Assembly: GCA_951406725.2 (NCBI GenBank)
Contig: OX597839.1
Span: 13,454,001-13,518,000 of the forward strand
Origin: Octopus vulgaris
Taxonomy: Eukaryota
DNA length: 64,000 nt
Direction of reading: 5' to 3'
The notes below the pieces were generated by a model that made no database searches, was not told the DNA's origin, and worked only from the letters and a program-made list of their open reading frames with translations. The translations under genes were made by a program, and so were the position numbers. This document shows positions 28,700 through 41,756 of this stretch, in pieces; positions within the stretch are counted from its first letter, which is position 1; every line of letters begins with the position of its first letter.

Positions 28700-30890
28700 T
28701 GTTGTTGTTGCTGTTGTTGACAGTGGTGGTGGTTGTAGGTGGTGGTGGTGGTGGTAGTGATTGTGATGTATAGTGGTAACTGTTGTTGGTGGTGGTGATG
28801 GTGGCAGTGGTGTGTGGTTGTGGCATTGGTTGTGGTGTACAGTGATGGTGGGGATGATGGTGGGGATGTTATTGTTGGCGTTGGTGGTGGAAGTGATCTT
28901 GATGTTGTTTGTAGTGATGTTGGTGGTGCAGCTGCTTGTGGTAGTAGTTGTGATTTTGGTATGGTGGTGGTGGTGCTTGTGGTAGTAGTGATTGCAGTAG
29001 TGGTAGTTGTAGTGGTTGTGGTAGCAGTAGTGGTAGTAGTGGTGATGGTGGTGGTTGTTGTAGTAGTTGTTGTTGTAGTGGTGGTAGTAGTAGTGGTGAT
29101 GGTGGTGGTGGTGGTGCTTGTGGTAGTAGTGGTGGTGATGGTGGTGGTTGTGGTAGTAGTTGTTGTAGTAGTGGTAGCAGTGGTGGTGCTGGTAGTGGGG
29201 ATGCTAGTGGTGGTAGGAGTGGTGGTGGTGGTGGTGGTGGTGGTGGTAGTAATGTTGTTGTTCGTGTTCTTGCTTATGTTTTGGTAGTTTCAGTGTGTAT
29301 GTTGTTGTTGTAGTTGTTGTTACAGGTGCTACAGCCAAAACTATTGCAGTTGTGGTCGTTGCTGTTGTAGTGGTGGTGCTGATGGTATTGGTTAATGTTG
29401 TAGTGTCACCACTTGCAATCAACATCAGCATAGCTGGTCACTGTTGTGGTTGTGGCTGCAGTTTCCATGGTAACACCACTGTTGTTATCTTTTATGAATT
29501 CCTTCTTTCAGTCATTATACTGTGGCCATGCTGGGGCAACACCTTGAACAATTTTTAGTCAAATGAATCAGCCCCAGTATTTATTTGTTTTTGTTAAGCC
29601 TGGTACTTTTTCTGTCGGTCTCTTTTGCTGAACCACTAAGTTACAGGAATGTAAACACCATCATTGGTTGTCAAACAGTGGTGGGAGACAAACATACACA
29701 CCCATATATATATACGACAGGCTTCTTTCAGTTTCCTTCTCCTAAATCCACTCACAAAGTTTTGGTCAGCGCCTGAGGTTATAGTAGAAGATACTTGCTC
29801 AAGGTGCCACACAGTGGGACTGAACCTGGAACCATGTGGTTGGGAAGCAAACACCCTTACCACACGTGTTGTTGTAATAGTAGTGGTGTTGGTAGTGGTT
29901 GTGGTGGTGGTAACAGTGGCAGCAGCAGCGGTAGTGGTGTTGGTGGTAGTAGTAGTGGTGGTGGTGGTGGTGGTGGTGGTAGCAGTAGCAGCAGCAGTGG
30001 TGGTGTTGGTGGTTGTAGTAGTAGTTGTGGTGGTGGTTGTGTTTGTGAAAATGGTGGTAGAAATGGTAGTGGTGGTTGTAGTAGTAGTAGTAGTAGTAAT
30101 GGTGGCAGTGGTGGTGGTGGTGATTTTTGTTTGTGTTGTGTGGATAGTTTCCTGTTAAACCATGTGTGTGTGGGAGTTTGTATGTTTATGAGTGTATGAG
30201 TACGTACGTGTGTGTATAAGTGTGTTCATGTGTGTGTGTGTGTGCATATGTCTATGTTTATTTTGTGTATTAATATATGTAGAGTATACCTATGTGTTTA
30301 AATGTGTACATGTATGTGTTTGTTTTGCTGCACAACTACAAACATAACCGACGCAACCACTACCACAACCACCACTACTACTGCTACTGCCACCACCACC
30401 ACTACCACCACCACTACTACTACTACTGCCACCACCACCACAACCACAACTACTACTGTCGCTACAAGCATTACTACTACTACTACTACCTCTACCACTA
30501 CCACGAACATTACCTCTGCTGCTGCTGTTTCTACTACCTCCCAAACCACCACATCTTTTACGACAGCTACCACATGTACCACTATTATCACAATTTCCAC
30601 ACCAACCACAACTACCACAATCACTACCATCACCATAACTACCACTACAACCATCACAACTACTGCAAAAACCTTCACCATCTTTACTACTACCACTACA
30701 AACACTATCATCACTACTACAACTATTCCTGCAACTATCACGATTACATCAACACCACAAGCACCACCAACACTATCACCACCACTCTCATTAACACTAC
30801 CACCACCACCACTACAACCAACACCACCATTACTACTACTAACACTACCACCCCAACCACTGCTACCACCACAACCACTACTACAATAAG
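28700..30890. repeat. Cryptic (GGT/GTA/GTT)n tracts followed by a complementary (ACC/ACT)n tract; a family A SINE (-) lies at 29500-29865
   Basis: Directly visible low-complexity triplets. Confidence 0.9.
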
Positions 30891-30990
30891 CAATGTCAAT
30901 GATGTTAATCCAACCCGTATGTCATGGGAAATAATTTTGGTAGTTTTCCATGTCTGAGTAGGTTTTACAGCAGTTTTGATGGTTTCTTCT

Positions 30991-31215
30991 TCATTATTAC
31001 CATTATTATTATTAACATTAAACCATTCTTCTGTGATTTCTTTTTTTTTTACCTGTTTTTATTATTAAAATATTTTATTGCTATATTTGATTTTCTACAG
31101 GTAAATCTGTAGAAAATCAAATATAGCAATAAAATATTTTAATAATAAAAACAGGTAAAAAAAAAAGAAATCACAGAAGAATGGTTTAATGTTAATAATA
31201 ATAATGGTAATAATG

Positions 31216-31216
<1 letters not shown>
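30991..31216. repeat. Perfect inverted repeat with 110-bp arms and a 6-nt spacer
   Basis: 30991-31100 is the reverse complement of 31107-31216, including the T10/A10 runs. Confidence 0.95.
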
Positions 31217-31250
<34 letters not shown>

Positions 31251-31252
<2 letters not shown>

Positions 31253-31577
31253 GAGCACTCAGAGAGCGCAAACCTCTGCCAAGGCGACACCAACGTCCTC
31301 TCAATGATTGGCCGGAGATGATTTTTAAAATGAGAATATCCGAAATAAACTCGACTGCTCTCACAAATGAGAATACTAAAAATGAACCCGACTGCTTTCA
31401 AAAATTAAGTAAAACAACCGGAAAAATAATCCAGAATTCTTTTCCAGTACTGGGTCAATCCCAAAATCTAATCAGTTCATGCCAGTCACGAGGCCAAACA
31501 TCCCTGAAAGTTTCATCCAAATCCATCCAGCGGTTCTTGAGATATCTTGTCCAAACAAACACGCTAAGGTGGAGGTA
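31251..31577. mobile_element. Non-autonomous element, possibly Helentron-associated
   Basis: Subterminal inverted motif ACCTCTGCC / GGTGGAGGT and an internal AAAGTTTCATCCAAATCCATCC motif. The class is from recall only. Confidence 0.4.
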
Positions 31578-31579
31578 AA

Positions 31580-32520
31580 ATTGATTTCAAATTTTGGCAC
31601 TGATTCAGCAGTTTAGGTGGAGGGGGAAAATTGATTACACTGACCCCATTGTTCAACTGGTACTTATTTTATCAACCCTGGAACAATGAAAGATAAAGTT
31701 GACCTTGGTGGAATTTGAACTCAGAATATGAAATTGGTAGAGATGCTGCGAAGCATTTTGTCCAGTTCAGTAACGAATCTGCCTGCTCATGACTTTAATG
31801 ATATTGGTTTTAAATGTTGGCACAAGGCCAGCAATTTCAAGGAGGAAGATAAATCAGTTACATCAACCACAGTGTTTCACTGGTACTTATTTAATTGACC
31901 CCAAAAGGATAAAAGGCAAAGTCGACCTCAGCGACATTTGAACACAAAACATAAAGATAGACAAAATGCCACTTTGCATTTTTCCCCGCATACTAATGAT
32001 TCTGCCAGCTCACTGCCTTTGCCTTAATTATAATAATAATAATTATAATGATACTTTCTATTGTAGGCACAAGGCCTGAAATGTTGTGGGAAGGTGCTAG
32101 TCATTACATTGATCCCAGTGCTCAACTGGTACTTAATTTATCGACCCCAAAAATATGAAAGGCAAAGTCAACCTCAGCAGAATTTGAACTCAGAATGTAT
32201 AGACAGATGAAATACCGCTAGGCATTTTTCTCAGTGCAGTAATGATTCTACTGGCTTGCAACTTCATAACAACAACAACAATAATAATAATAATAATAAT
32301 CTTTTCTACTGGAGGCACAAGGCCTCAGATTTGTGGGGAGGGGACTAGTTGATTACCTCGACCCCCACAGTGTTTCACTGGTACTTAATTTATCAAGTCC
32401 ATAAGGATGAAAAGCAAAGTCGACCTCAGCGAAATTTGAACTCAGAACGTAATGGTAGACAACATACAGCTAAGCATTTTGTCCAGTGAGCTAATGATTC
32501 TTCCAGCTCACCACCTTCTT
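31580..32520 (-). mobile_element. Four head-to-tail family B SINEs with (AAT)n between some of them
   Basis: Repeated GGCACAAGGCC...ACTGGTACTTA...GGCAAAGTCGACC...ATTTGAACTCAGAA blocks. Confidence 0.85.
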
Positions 32521-33467
32521 TAATAATAATGATAATAATAATAATAATAATAAGTGCCTTGATGCAGCACCAGGCAGTGGCTCCCGTGGCTTCTGATCTT
32601 AACTGATTGGAAGTGTTATCATGTACATTGTTTTGTCTTTGTATCAAAAATGGGCTATAGTAAATATTCTGCTCAATGCCACAGATTTGCTTGTCAGTTG
32701 TTTGACCTTAACTAGTTGAGCATGTCCCTTAGTGGCTGATGATATGTGCATCTCTAATCATGAGCAGTAGTGGGGGAGCATCATAGCCATGTGTTGAGAG
32801 GGATTCTTTGGGGTTTGAATAATTCACTTCTGGAAACATGGGTGGTTCGTTCAACATCCTTAAACAATCCTCATTCAGGGACCTTTTGAGCGGGATGGGC
32901 TTACTTGACCGAAGAAAATTCTAACTGGACAATAGGACAAATTTATATTATTTAATCTCAACCAAAGCAAGGTTCGATGACCTCACTTTCTCCTCCTGGT
33001 CCAAAAAAAAAAAGGTCATGTGCTGTTTATCTTGATATGAGATCATCATGTCGTGCACATATGGTTGTGATGCATGTGCCTGGTGCACCCTTATCAGACG
33101 AGTAGTCATGATGGGTATACTGGGCTTCGTATATTTTACCCCAGTGTCACTTTGATGGCATTCACTGCTCTGTCACTCAATAATAATAATAATGATAATA
33201 ATAATAATAATTATTATTTCTACTAAAGGCACAAGGCCTGAAATTTGGGGTGGGGGTAGACTAGTCGATTACATCAACACCAGTGTTTTTCTGATACTTA
33301 AGGATGGAAGGATGAAAGGCAAAGTCGACCTTGGCAGAATTTGAACCTAGAACATAAAGACAGATGAAAAACCACTAAGCATTTTTCTCAGTGCAGTAAC
33401 AATTCTGCTGGCTTGCAACTTTATAATAACAACAACAAGAACAACAACAACAATAATAATAATAATG

Positions 33468-33955
33468 ATATCTCTCTGTTCTTACTGTTTTGCCTTGCTC
33501 TAATACCATTAACAAACCTGTTGAACGAAACCATCAATAGATATTGATGCTATAAAGGAACTATAAACCATCTTCTCTATGTCGATGACTTAAAAACATT
33601 TACCAAGGCTAATACCATGTGGGAAAAGCCAATTCTAGAGTGTTCATCAATTCAGCCAAGACATAAAAATGAGTGTGAGCTTAGATATATATGCCAAGGC
33701 TACAATAAGAAGAAACGAATTAACTAGAATGAGAATATTAAATTAGATCAACACCAATATTCTGAGAATTAGATCAGAACCAGCCATAGAGATATTCGGG
33801 AATAGATGAAACTTATAAAATGGAAGACATGGCAAGGAAGGAGAAAATTGGAAAAGTGTTATTACGTAAGAGTTAAGCTAATATCAAAAAACTTAATGCT
33901 AGAAATAGGATAATAGGTTTGCATATGCTTGTCATCCTAGTTACAAACTATAAGT
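33468..33955 (+). pseudogene. Decayed RT fragment of an R4/Dong-like non-LTR retrotransposon
   Basis: LLFCLALIPLTNLLN...INHLLYVDDLKTF...FSQDIKMS...LNARNRII, frameshifted. It directly follows (AAT)n, the target class known for Dong. Confidence 0.7.
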
Positions 33956-34089
33956 ATGATTGTGGCTGTGTGGGTAAGATGCTTGCTTCCCAAACATGTG
34001 GTCTTGGGTTCAGTCCCACTGTGCAGCACCTTGGGCAAGTGTTTTCTACTGTAGCTCTAACCAAGTAATGCCTCTACAATTCTATATTT

Positions 34090-34180
34090 AAAGCTGTGAC
34101 ACGTGGAGATATTGATAAATCAGGTATAGCTGATCATGTATGGAAAAAGGAGACCTCCTCCACTTGTGAGATGAAGTTCT
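34090..34180 (+). pseudogene. Penelope/Poseidon-type GIY-YIG endonuclease fragment
   Basis: KAVTRGDIDKSGIADHVWKKE.../L*DEV resembles the KSxxAxHxW region of PLE endonucleases. It is cut by a SINE at 34180-34343. Confidence 0.6.
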
Positions 34181-34389
34181 CAGTTCAAATTCTGCCATGG
34201 TCAGCTTTGCCTTTCATCTTTTCGGGTTCGATAAATTAAGTACCAGTTATGCACTGGGGTCGATGTAATTGACTTAATCCCTTTGTCTGTCCTTGTTTGT
34301 CCCTTCTATGTTTAGCTCCTTGTGGGCAATAAAGAAATAAGAAATTACTGACAGTGTTCTGAAGTCACCACCTCAAAGATGCTAGAGAT

Positions 34390-34863
34390 CAGGGGCAGCA
34401 AACTGGGGTAAATAACCCCAGGTAAGATAAAAATAAAATTCTTGGGAGTAATGAGGATTCATTAGACATAAGTAAAATTATATAAAAAAACGCGTTCCTT
34501 GTTATAACAAATTTTTTTCTTTTGACAACACTGCATCTGTCCAGTGTAATGGACACATTTAGAAGACATCACACCATTTTGAACTACAAACAATTTGGTT
34601 GCTAAGGTGTTGTCAACATCATTTCTCCAAAACCTGAAATGAAAATGTTTCTAGAAAACTCCTTTTGTTTTATAATGAGGATATTAATTTATTTTATTGC
34701 ATTTGTTTTATACTTTTTGTATTTATAATTGTATTCTCCATATAAATAGATTCCTTTTGAATTCAAAGAATCTATGATTTTCTTCCTTTCAAATCAAGGG
34801 GGTAACATTGGTGTAAATAAATATATTTTGGGGTAATTGGTTAGAAAAGTTTCCTGAACCCTG
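34390..34863. mobile_element. Old hAT-type MITE
   Basis: CAGGGGCAGCAAACT ... AGTTTCCTGAACCCTG with degenerate 8-bp flanks CTAGAGAT/ATATCGAT. Confidence 0.5.
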
Positions 34864-35032
34864 ATATCGATGGAATATAACTGCCTTGCAGACAAGGAAG
34901 GTGGGGGTGGTTTGTTACAAATAGAAAACTACTACACACTAACAACAGCAGAACTACAAAAATACTGAGAAACAAATTTAGAACTGATAAGTGTTATAAG
35001 AAAACATGAAACACACACACACATATATATGA

Positions 35033-35094
<62 letters not shown>

Positions 35095-35139
35095 TATACA
35101 TATATATATATACATATATATCGAAATCGATCAACATCA

Positions 35140-35424
35140 ATGGAAATTGTAGTTGTGATACCAATGCCGGTGGCACGTAAGAGAGCCATCCGAACATGGT
35201 CGTTGCCAGTGCCGCCCCGACTGGCCTCCGTGCCGGTGGCACGTAAAAAGCACCCACTACACTCATGGAGTGGATGGCGTTAGGAAGAGCATCCAGCTGT
35301 AGAAACACTGCCAGATCAGACTTGGGCCTGGTGTAGCCTTCTGGCTTCCCAGACCCCAGTCGAACCATCCAACCCATGCTAGCATGAAAAGCAGACATTA
35401 AATGATGATGATGATGATGATGAT
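35140..35424 (+). mobile_element. RTE 3' end
   Basis: Two modules, the standard terminus and (GAT)n. Confidence 0.85.
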
Positions 35425-35460
35425 CACATTCTGTTAAAATGTCTTATTGACGAGTTTTAT

Positions 35461-35561
35461 TTCTTCATTTCCCTGAAGAGAAGATTACATTGTTTCGACC
35501 GTTTTATTTCTTTGGAATAATACCAATGATATCTTCGAAACATGTGTCAGAAATAAAAGAA
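35461..35561 (+). ncRNA. Type I minimal hammerhead ribozyme motif (Penelope-like pLTR remnant)
   Basis: CTGAAGA (35473-35479), stem II GAAGAT/ATCTTC extended by CATTG/CAATG, GAAA (35537-35540), C-ATGT-G-TC. Stem I (TTCTTCATTTCC / AGAAATAAAAGAA) is imperfect. Confidence 0.7.
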
Positions 35562-36059
35562 TTTGAATAAAACCTGCATTTAACTCCATTTATTTATTTA
35601 TATATATTTATGTGTGTGTCTGTGTTTGTCCCTACATCATTGTTTGACAACTGATGTTGGTGTGTTTATGTCCCCCATTACTTAGCCGTTTAGCAAAAGA
35701 AACTAATAGGATAAGTACTAGGCTTACAAAGAATAAGTCATAGGATCGATTTCTTTGAATTAAAAAACCCTTTGAAGCAGTGCTCCAGCATGGCCACAAA
35801 TGACTGAAACAAGGAAAAATAAAAAAAGAAACACAATTTTTTTTTTTTTTGCATCATTCCTTATAATATTTAATTATAAAACTTCTAGGATTTTTTTTTT
35901 ATGCATCAAATTACTATAAAGGCCCAGCAGAGTAAAATAGGAATTAATAGGGTCCATAGGCAAAAAAATGGTTGAAAACCACTGGGTTAATTTGTTTCAT
36001 TTTGTTGTTGTTGCTGCTATGATGGTCAATTAGTTTTAGTGAGCAGTAACTAAATTTAT

Positions 36060-36410
36060 GAAGTGATAACTAATTAATTTGAAACAACGGTAGCTAACTT
36101 GAAACACTGGTTGCTGGCTAACATGAAACAAAAATAGTTAAATCAACTTGACAGAGTGGTAGCGAATTAACTTGACATAGTAATTGCTAATTTACATGAC
36201 ACAGTGGTAGATAATTAACTTGTCATAATGATTGCTAATTACTTTGTCTCAGTGGTTACTAATGTGACACAATGGTAGCTAATTAATGTGGCACAGTGAT
36301 AACCAATTAACTTGACATAGTGGTGGTTTGTTATTGCGATAGAGCAGTTGCTAATCATCTTGACGCAGGGATAAATAATTAATGTGATTTACAGCAGTAA
36401 CTAATTAATC
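36060..36410. repeat. Degenerate minisatellite of about 24 bp (TAACTTGACACAGTGGTAGCTAAT)
   Basis: Recurrent TAATTAACTTGAC...GTGGT motif. Confidence 0.7.
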
Positions 36411-36695
36411 AAAATTCTTGATTGGCATCTCTGGCTATGCTTCTTTGAACCTTATTATGGCTAAATATCAGGGACTGATGCTGAGGATAAAGTTATGAAG
36501 AAAATCTTGGAGATACGTATTGGAAGCAGATGGCGGAGTCTGAGTGACTGGCTGGCAGGACTGTTAGCAGCTGCACAAAATGTTCAGCAACATTTCATGC
36601 AACTTTATGACCTGAGTTCAAATTCTACCAAGGCCAACTTTGCCTTTTATTCTTCCAGGAACATTTTCACAGGTAAAGCAGAGATTAGCCATCAC

Positions 36696-37060
36696 AGTTG
36701 CCCTCATTTTTACACTAACCCCTACATTAGTGGTTCTCAACAATTCTTTTACCTATGGACCCCTTTGATTCCTGTTATACTCTACTGAGTTGCCCTCATT
36801 TTATACTAACCCCTACATTAGTGCTTCTCAATAATTCTTTTACCTATGGACCCCTTTGATTCCTGTTATACTCTACTGAGTTGCCCTCATTTTATACTAA
36901 CCCCTACATTAGTGCTTCTCAACAATTCTTTTACCTATGGACCCCTTTGATTCCTGTTATACTCTACTGAGTTGCCCTCATTTTATACTAACCCCTACAT
37001 TAGTGCTTCTCAACAATTCTTTTACCTATGGACCCCTTTGATTCCTGTTACATTCTACTG
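36696..37060. repeat. 91-92-bp tandem repeat, 4 copies, spanning the left end of a hAT-type MITE
   Basis: AGTTGCCCTCATTTT at 36696, 36788, 36879 and 36970. Each unit contains TAGTG(G/C)TTCTCAA, like the MITE ends at 4309 and 35970-35984. Confidence 0.9.
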
Positions 37061-37354
37061 GACCTCCATAGCCATTCAGTGTGTATACCATAAAAGCCCG
37101 TGTAATTTACGCACTGTTTTTCCCGCAAAAATAAAATAAGTGCCAGTTGGACACTGGGGCCGGTAATCGACTTACCCTCCTCCCCCAAAATTTCAGGCCT
37201 TGTGCCAAAATTTTAAACCAATGTTATGAAGGTGTGTTGTGAAAGTATGTGGTGTGGGTAATGTTTTGGGGAAATGTTGGGGGTATGTTGTGTGGAAATG
37301 TGGGTCACATGGAAATTGTGTTGTGTGAGTAATGTTGTTGGGAATTATTGTGAA

Positions 37355-37755
37355 GGTGCATGGCTAAATGGTTAGTGTATTGAGCTCATGTTCTTAAGAT
37401 TGTGAGTTCGATACTTGGCAACACATTGTGTCCTTGAGCGAGACACTTTATTTCATGTTGCTCCAGTCCACTCAACTACGAGTGGAGGCACATGGCTTAG
37501 TGGTTAGGGTGTTGGACTCATTATTGTAAAATTATGGATTTGATTCATGGACCGGGCAATGCATTTTGTTCTTGACCAAAACACTTCATTCTTGACCGAA
37601 ACACTTCATTCCATGTTGCTCCAGTCCATTCTTTGTAAGCCTAGTACTTATTCTATCGGTATCTTTTGCCGAACCGCTAAGTTACGGGGACGTAAACACA
37701 CCAGCATCGGTTGTCAAGCGATGTTGGCTGGACATGCACAGACACACAAACATAT

Positions 37756-37819
<64 letters not shown>

Positions 37820-38465
37820 GGCTTCTTTTAGTTTCCGTCTACCAAATCCACTCACAAGGCTTTGGTTGGCCCGAGGCTATAGTAGAAGGCACTTGCCCAA
37901 GGTGCCACGCAGTGGGGCTGAACCAGGAACTATGTGGTTCGTAAGCAAGCTACTTACCACACAGCCACTCCTCCGCCTATCTATCTTTTATCATTTATCT
38001 TTTGTCTTTAACTTGTTTCAGTCACTGTATGTCAGCCATGCTGGAGCACCACCTTGAAGGGGTTAATCAAACAAAATGACCTCAGTACTTTTTTAAAGCC
38101 TGGTACTTATTCTATTGTCCTCTTTTGCCAAAGCGTTTAGTTACAGGATGTAAACAAACCAACACCGGTTATTGAACATTGGTAGGGGACAAACGCATAC
38201 ATAAAGTCATACACACATACACATATATATAATGAGCTTCTTTCAGTTTCTACCTACCAAATCTACTCACAAGGCTTTGGTCAGCCCAAGGCTATAGTAG
38301 GAGACACTTGGCCAAGATGCCATTCAGTGGGACTGAACCCAGAACCATGCAGTTGGAAAGCAAGCTTCTTATTTCTTTACTGTCCACAGGGGGCTTTTTT
38401 TTTATTTAGCATTTCACCCGGCATGCTAACATTTCTTATTTCTTACCACACAGCCACTCTTGCCC
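37355..38465. mobile_element. SINE cluster: two family C heads (+) and two family A copies (-)
   Basis: Family motifs as above. Confidence 0.8.
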
Positions 38466-39820
38466 CTATTTCTGGATCATTTAATATTCTGTTTCCCTTA
38501 TCCCAGATTATCTTATTCCTTGGTTTTCCTATACTAGAGTAAGCCACTTACCTGATCTTCTTATTTGTGGATTATGTAATACCATTTTCCTTAATCCTAG
38601 ATTACATAATCTTCTGGTTCTTCCCATTCCCGTGTCCCCAAATCATCTCATTTTATTGTTGAATACCCCATTTTATTTATCGAAACATAATAATTCATTG
38701 TAGTCAATTTTTCCCCAAAAAAACTTTTTATTCTTCACTAAATTTCATTTTTCTATTGAATAATATTCATTTTCCTTTCCTACTCCTCCAACGTGCTATT
38801 CTCCTCCATCATACAAACATTAATTCCATATTTTTATATACGAAGAAATTTTCATTATTTCAAATTCTAATATTTCATTTAATATTTCTGTAGCTGTTCT
38901 TTGATTATATTTTCTTGTTGTTATTTCAGTATTTTTCCCCCTTTCTGACTTGCTTCTCTTGTTTCCTTCTATTCCTATCACTAATATTAATGCCGGCTTC
39001 TTCAGCTATTAATGGCCATGTTAGGCCTCATTAGCTTCTTTCATTCTGTAATTATTTTTTAATGTTCAACAAATATTTCCACAATCCAGTTATCATTTAG
39101 CTCCTCGTTCTACAATATTCAACAAATGAGAACCGGACCTCCCCCCCTACATACGACATCAATCAATAATTACAGTTCATATCAGGCTACATGTGATCTA
39201 CTATGCCGATGTCATTCTCTACTTCACCTTACAGAAGAGTAGACTTACAGAAAGATAATCATTTCTCGGACTATTAACCTCATCTCTTGAGATGAAAGAC
39301 TTGTCAATATTTATATTTACTCTCTCTAAATATCCACATTTACATCTGTGTACAATGTTAAATGTTTAAATATTGAAAAATATTTCATCCCTGGAGACAA
39401 GGTTTAAAATTCCGCTAAATGATAATCTTATTAAAAACAACTCATCTCGAACGTTTTAAACATTTACATTTATTGTTTTTAAATGCTTTTCTTATTGTTT
39501 ATTAAAACAATGTTTTCCTAACATTGTTATGAAAAACCAACAAGTGCCATCTGTAGGGATTCACCCATGAAACGTTTATCAAGATAACATCATTCAACTT
39601 TAAAAATTAAATGCTTCTCAGATTCACTTGCCCAAAGTACCAAACACACACATACACACACACGTAGTCGTGTGTGGCTGTGTGGTAAGAAGCTTACTTG
39701 CCAAACACATTGTTCCAGGTTCAATCCCACTGCATGACATTTGGGCAAATGGATATTAATTTGATTAATATCAATTTAAAACCGGTGGTCTAGCATTTCA
39801 GAGTTATATATATATATATA

Positions 39821-40970
39821 TGAGGGCTGATCAATAAGTATCCGGATTGTTATCATAGTAACGAAGCTAAAGCATGCAGAGTGAAGCTGTTTGGCACACA
39901 TTGACCTTGAAGTCTGCTGTGTATGCTCACTAAGTTTTAACATTCTAGTTCACTTCCGCTGTTTACAGCAGTGCTTGGAAGGAAGGTGTGTAGCATGTGA
40001 TTGTTACATTGACCATAACAGAGAAAGGTGAGCAGAGAATCTGCATCAAATTTTGCCAAAAGCTTGGCAATACCTGCTCAGAGGCCTACGCAAAATTTTC
40101 CAAAAGTTTTCATCGTTCGCAGTAAAATCAAGGAAGTCTTGTGCAACTGAAACCCAAGTGTCATTTTGGTCGGCTGAAAATGGTTTTGGCACAAACTTGA
40201 CAGACATACATCTCATGCCGAAATCTTTGATGATAATGGCCTGAACATAACCATAACTAATCTGCACATCCTCTGATAACTCACAGCTGCACGTACATCT
40301 GCACTTCTGTTCTCAGTTCTGCTGGTTGCAAGTCTCCCAGAACATTCGTGAATATCAAAATTTTTTTGGCCATCTTGGAAACGTCTGAACCACTCATACA
40401 CTTATGTACCCTCCATACACTTTCTACAACTTTTCATAGGCCTCTGGGCAGTTATCACTGCCAATCTCCGACTTCGCCTGTCTCTGCGGCCCCTTCCATC
40501 TGTCCTTCTACAACGGCGCTTGCGGTGGTTTGGCCATGCATGTAGGCCTCCTGTGGGTGAGCTGAGCCGTGATGTCCTTCTCCCAACTCCACTTCCCAAC
40601 TGGCGGAAATGCGCGGGCAGGCAGCTGAAGACCTGGGCTACGACGATCAAGGAGGACCTCTCCGTGCTCACAGGACTGCAGGTGGTCGGCCTGCGCTGAT
40701 GGAACCGTGACTGGCTCGCTATCTCCAGTGAACTGGCGCAGGACCGTCGTGCATGGGCTGCCATGGTTCGAGATGCCTCGAGGGTGGTAGAAGAAGCCGA
40801 CTCAACCCGCCCTGGGTGAATGTCACCACAAGTACAAGTACAAGTAAGTTATCACCATGACAACTTTCTCTGTTATGGTCAATAAAAACAATCACACACT
40901 ACACACCTTTCTTCCAAGCACTGCTGTAAACAACGGAAGTGAGGTAGAATGTTAAAACTTAGTGCGCATA
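39821..40970. mobile_element. Internally rearranged, palindromic mariner derivative
   Basis: End TA|TGAGGGCTGATCAATAAGTATCCGG. N-terminal EQRICIKFCQKLG reads on +, and YEWFRRFQDG...SGR...MSVKFVPK reads on -. 39930-40030 recurs inverted at 40860-40965. Confidence 0.75.
40459..40846 (+). mobile_element. 5'-truncated RTE-clade LINE of a second family, with a (CAAGTA)n tail
   Basis: LRWFGHA...GRQLKTWATTIKEDL...LAQDRRAWAAMVRD and a 9-bp TSD AGTTATCAC (40450-40458, 40847-40855). Confidence 0.85.
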
Positions 40971-41128
40971 CTGGATTTTGAGGAAGAGGAAGAGACCATG
41001 GTCTTTGCAGTCTCTCTTATACTGATGGGATTGTTGCCATTAATGTTTGTGTTTCACTTGAATGTTTGTAGGTTATCATCTGCTGGAAAAATATTAACGG
41101 AGAGGAATTCTAGAGTAACAATATTTTG

Positions 41129-41398
41129 CAAAGACAGATAGATAAACAGACATATAGATAGATAGATAGATAGACAGACATACAGACAGATAGATAGATA
41201 GATAGAGAGACAAACATATAGATAGATATATAGACAGACAGACATATAGATAGATAGACAGACAGACAGATAGATTGACATTTATCTATGTCTGTCTGTC
41301 TATCTATCTGTCTGCCTGTCTGTCTGTCTGTCTACCTATCTATATGTCTGTCTATCTATCTATATATCTATCTATCTATCTGTCTGCCTGCCTGCCTG

Positions 41399-41455
<57 letters not shown>

Positions 41456-41484
41456 ATGTCTGTCTGTCTATCTATCTGTCTTTG
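41129..41484. repeat. (GATA/GACA)n followed by inverted (TATC/TGTC)n
   Basis: Strand switch at about 41280; the outer ends CAAAGACAGATAGATA / TATCTATCTGTCTTTG are complementary. Confidence 0.85.
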
Positions 41485-41720
41485 ACAGACAGACAGATAA
41501 ACAGAGAAAGATAACAAGCGTATTAAGGGATAAAATGTCATACAAATTATAGTTAAAACTCATACAAACGCATGTTTCTTTATACGTATGCATACACAAA
41601 CACACACATTCATATACAGAAATGCATACATGCGCATGCATAAATATATACATATATACAAACACATATAGATACATATACATGCACACATGCCTATAAA
41701 CATGGATATAAACATACATA

Positions 41721-41756
<36 letters not shown>

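Noticed and set aside
30302-30889. Thr-rich, mucin-like ORF
   Set aside because: No signal peptide or splice context, and it is indistinguishable from the many (ACC/ACT)n tracts nearby.
32554-33178. (AAT)n-flanked 625-bp block as a Dong-related non-autonomous element
   Set aside because: Single copy in the window, with no coding or terminal signature, so it cannot be classified here.
38470-39600. Possible decayed Penelope-like endonuclease on - (GEVENDIGIVDHM, CKCG)
   Set aside because: Too fragmentary to call without a profile search.
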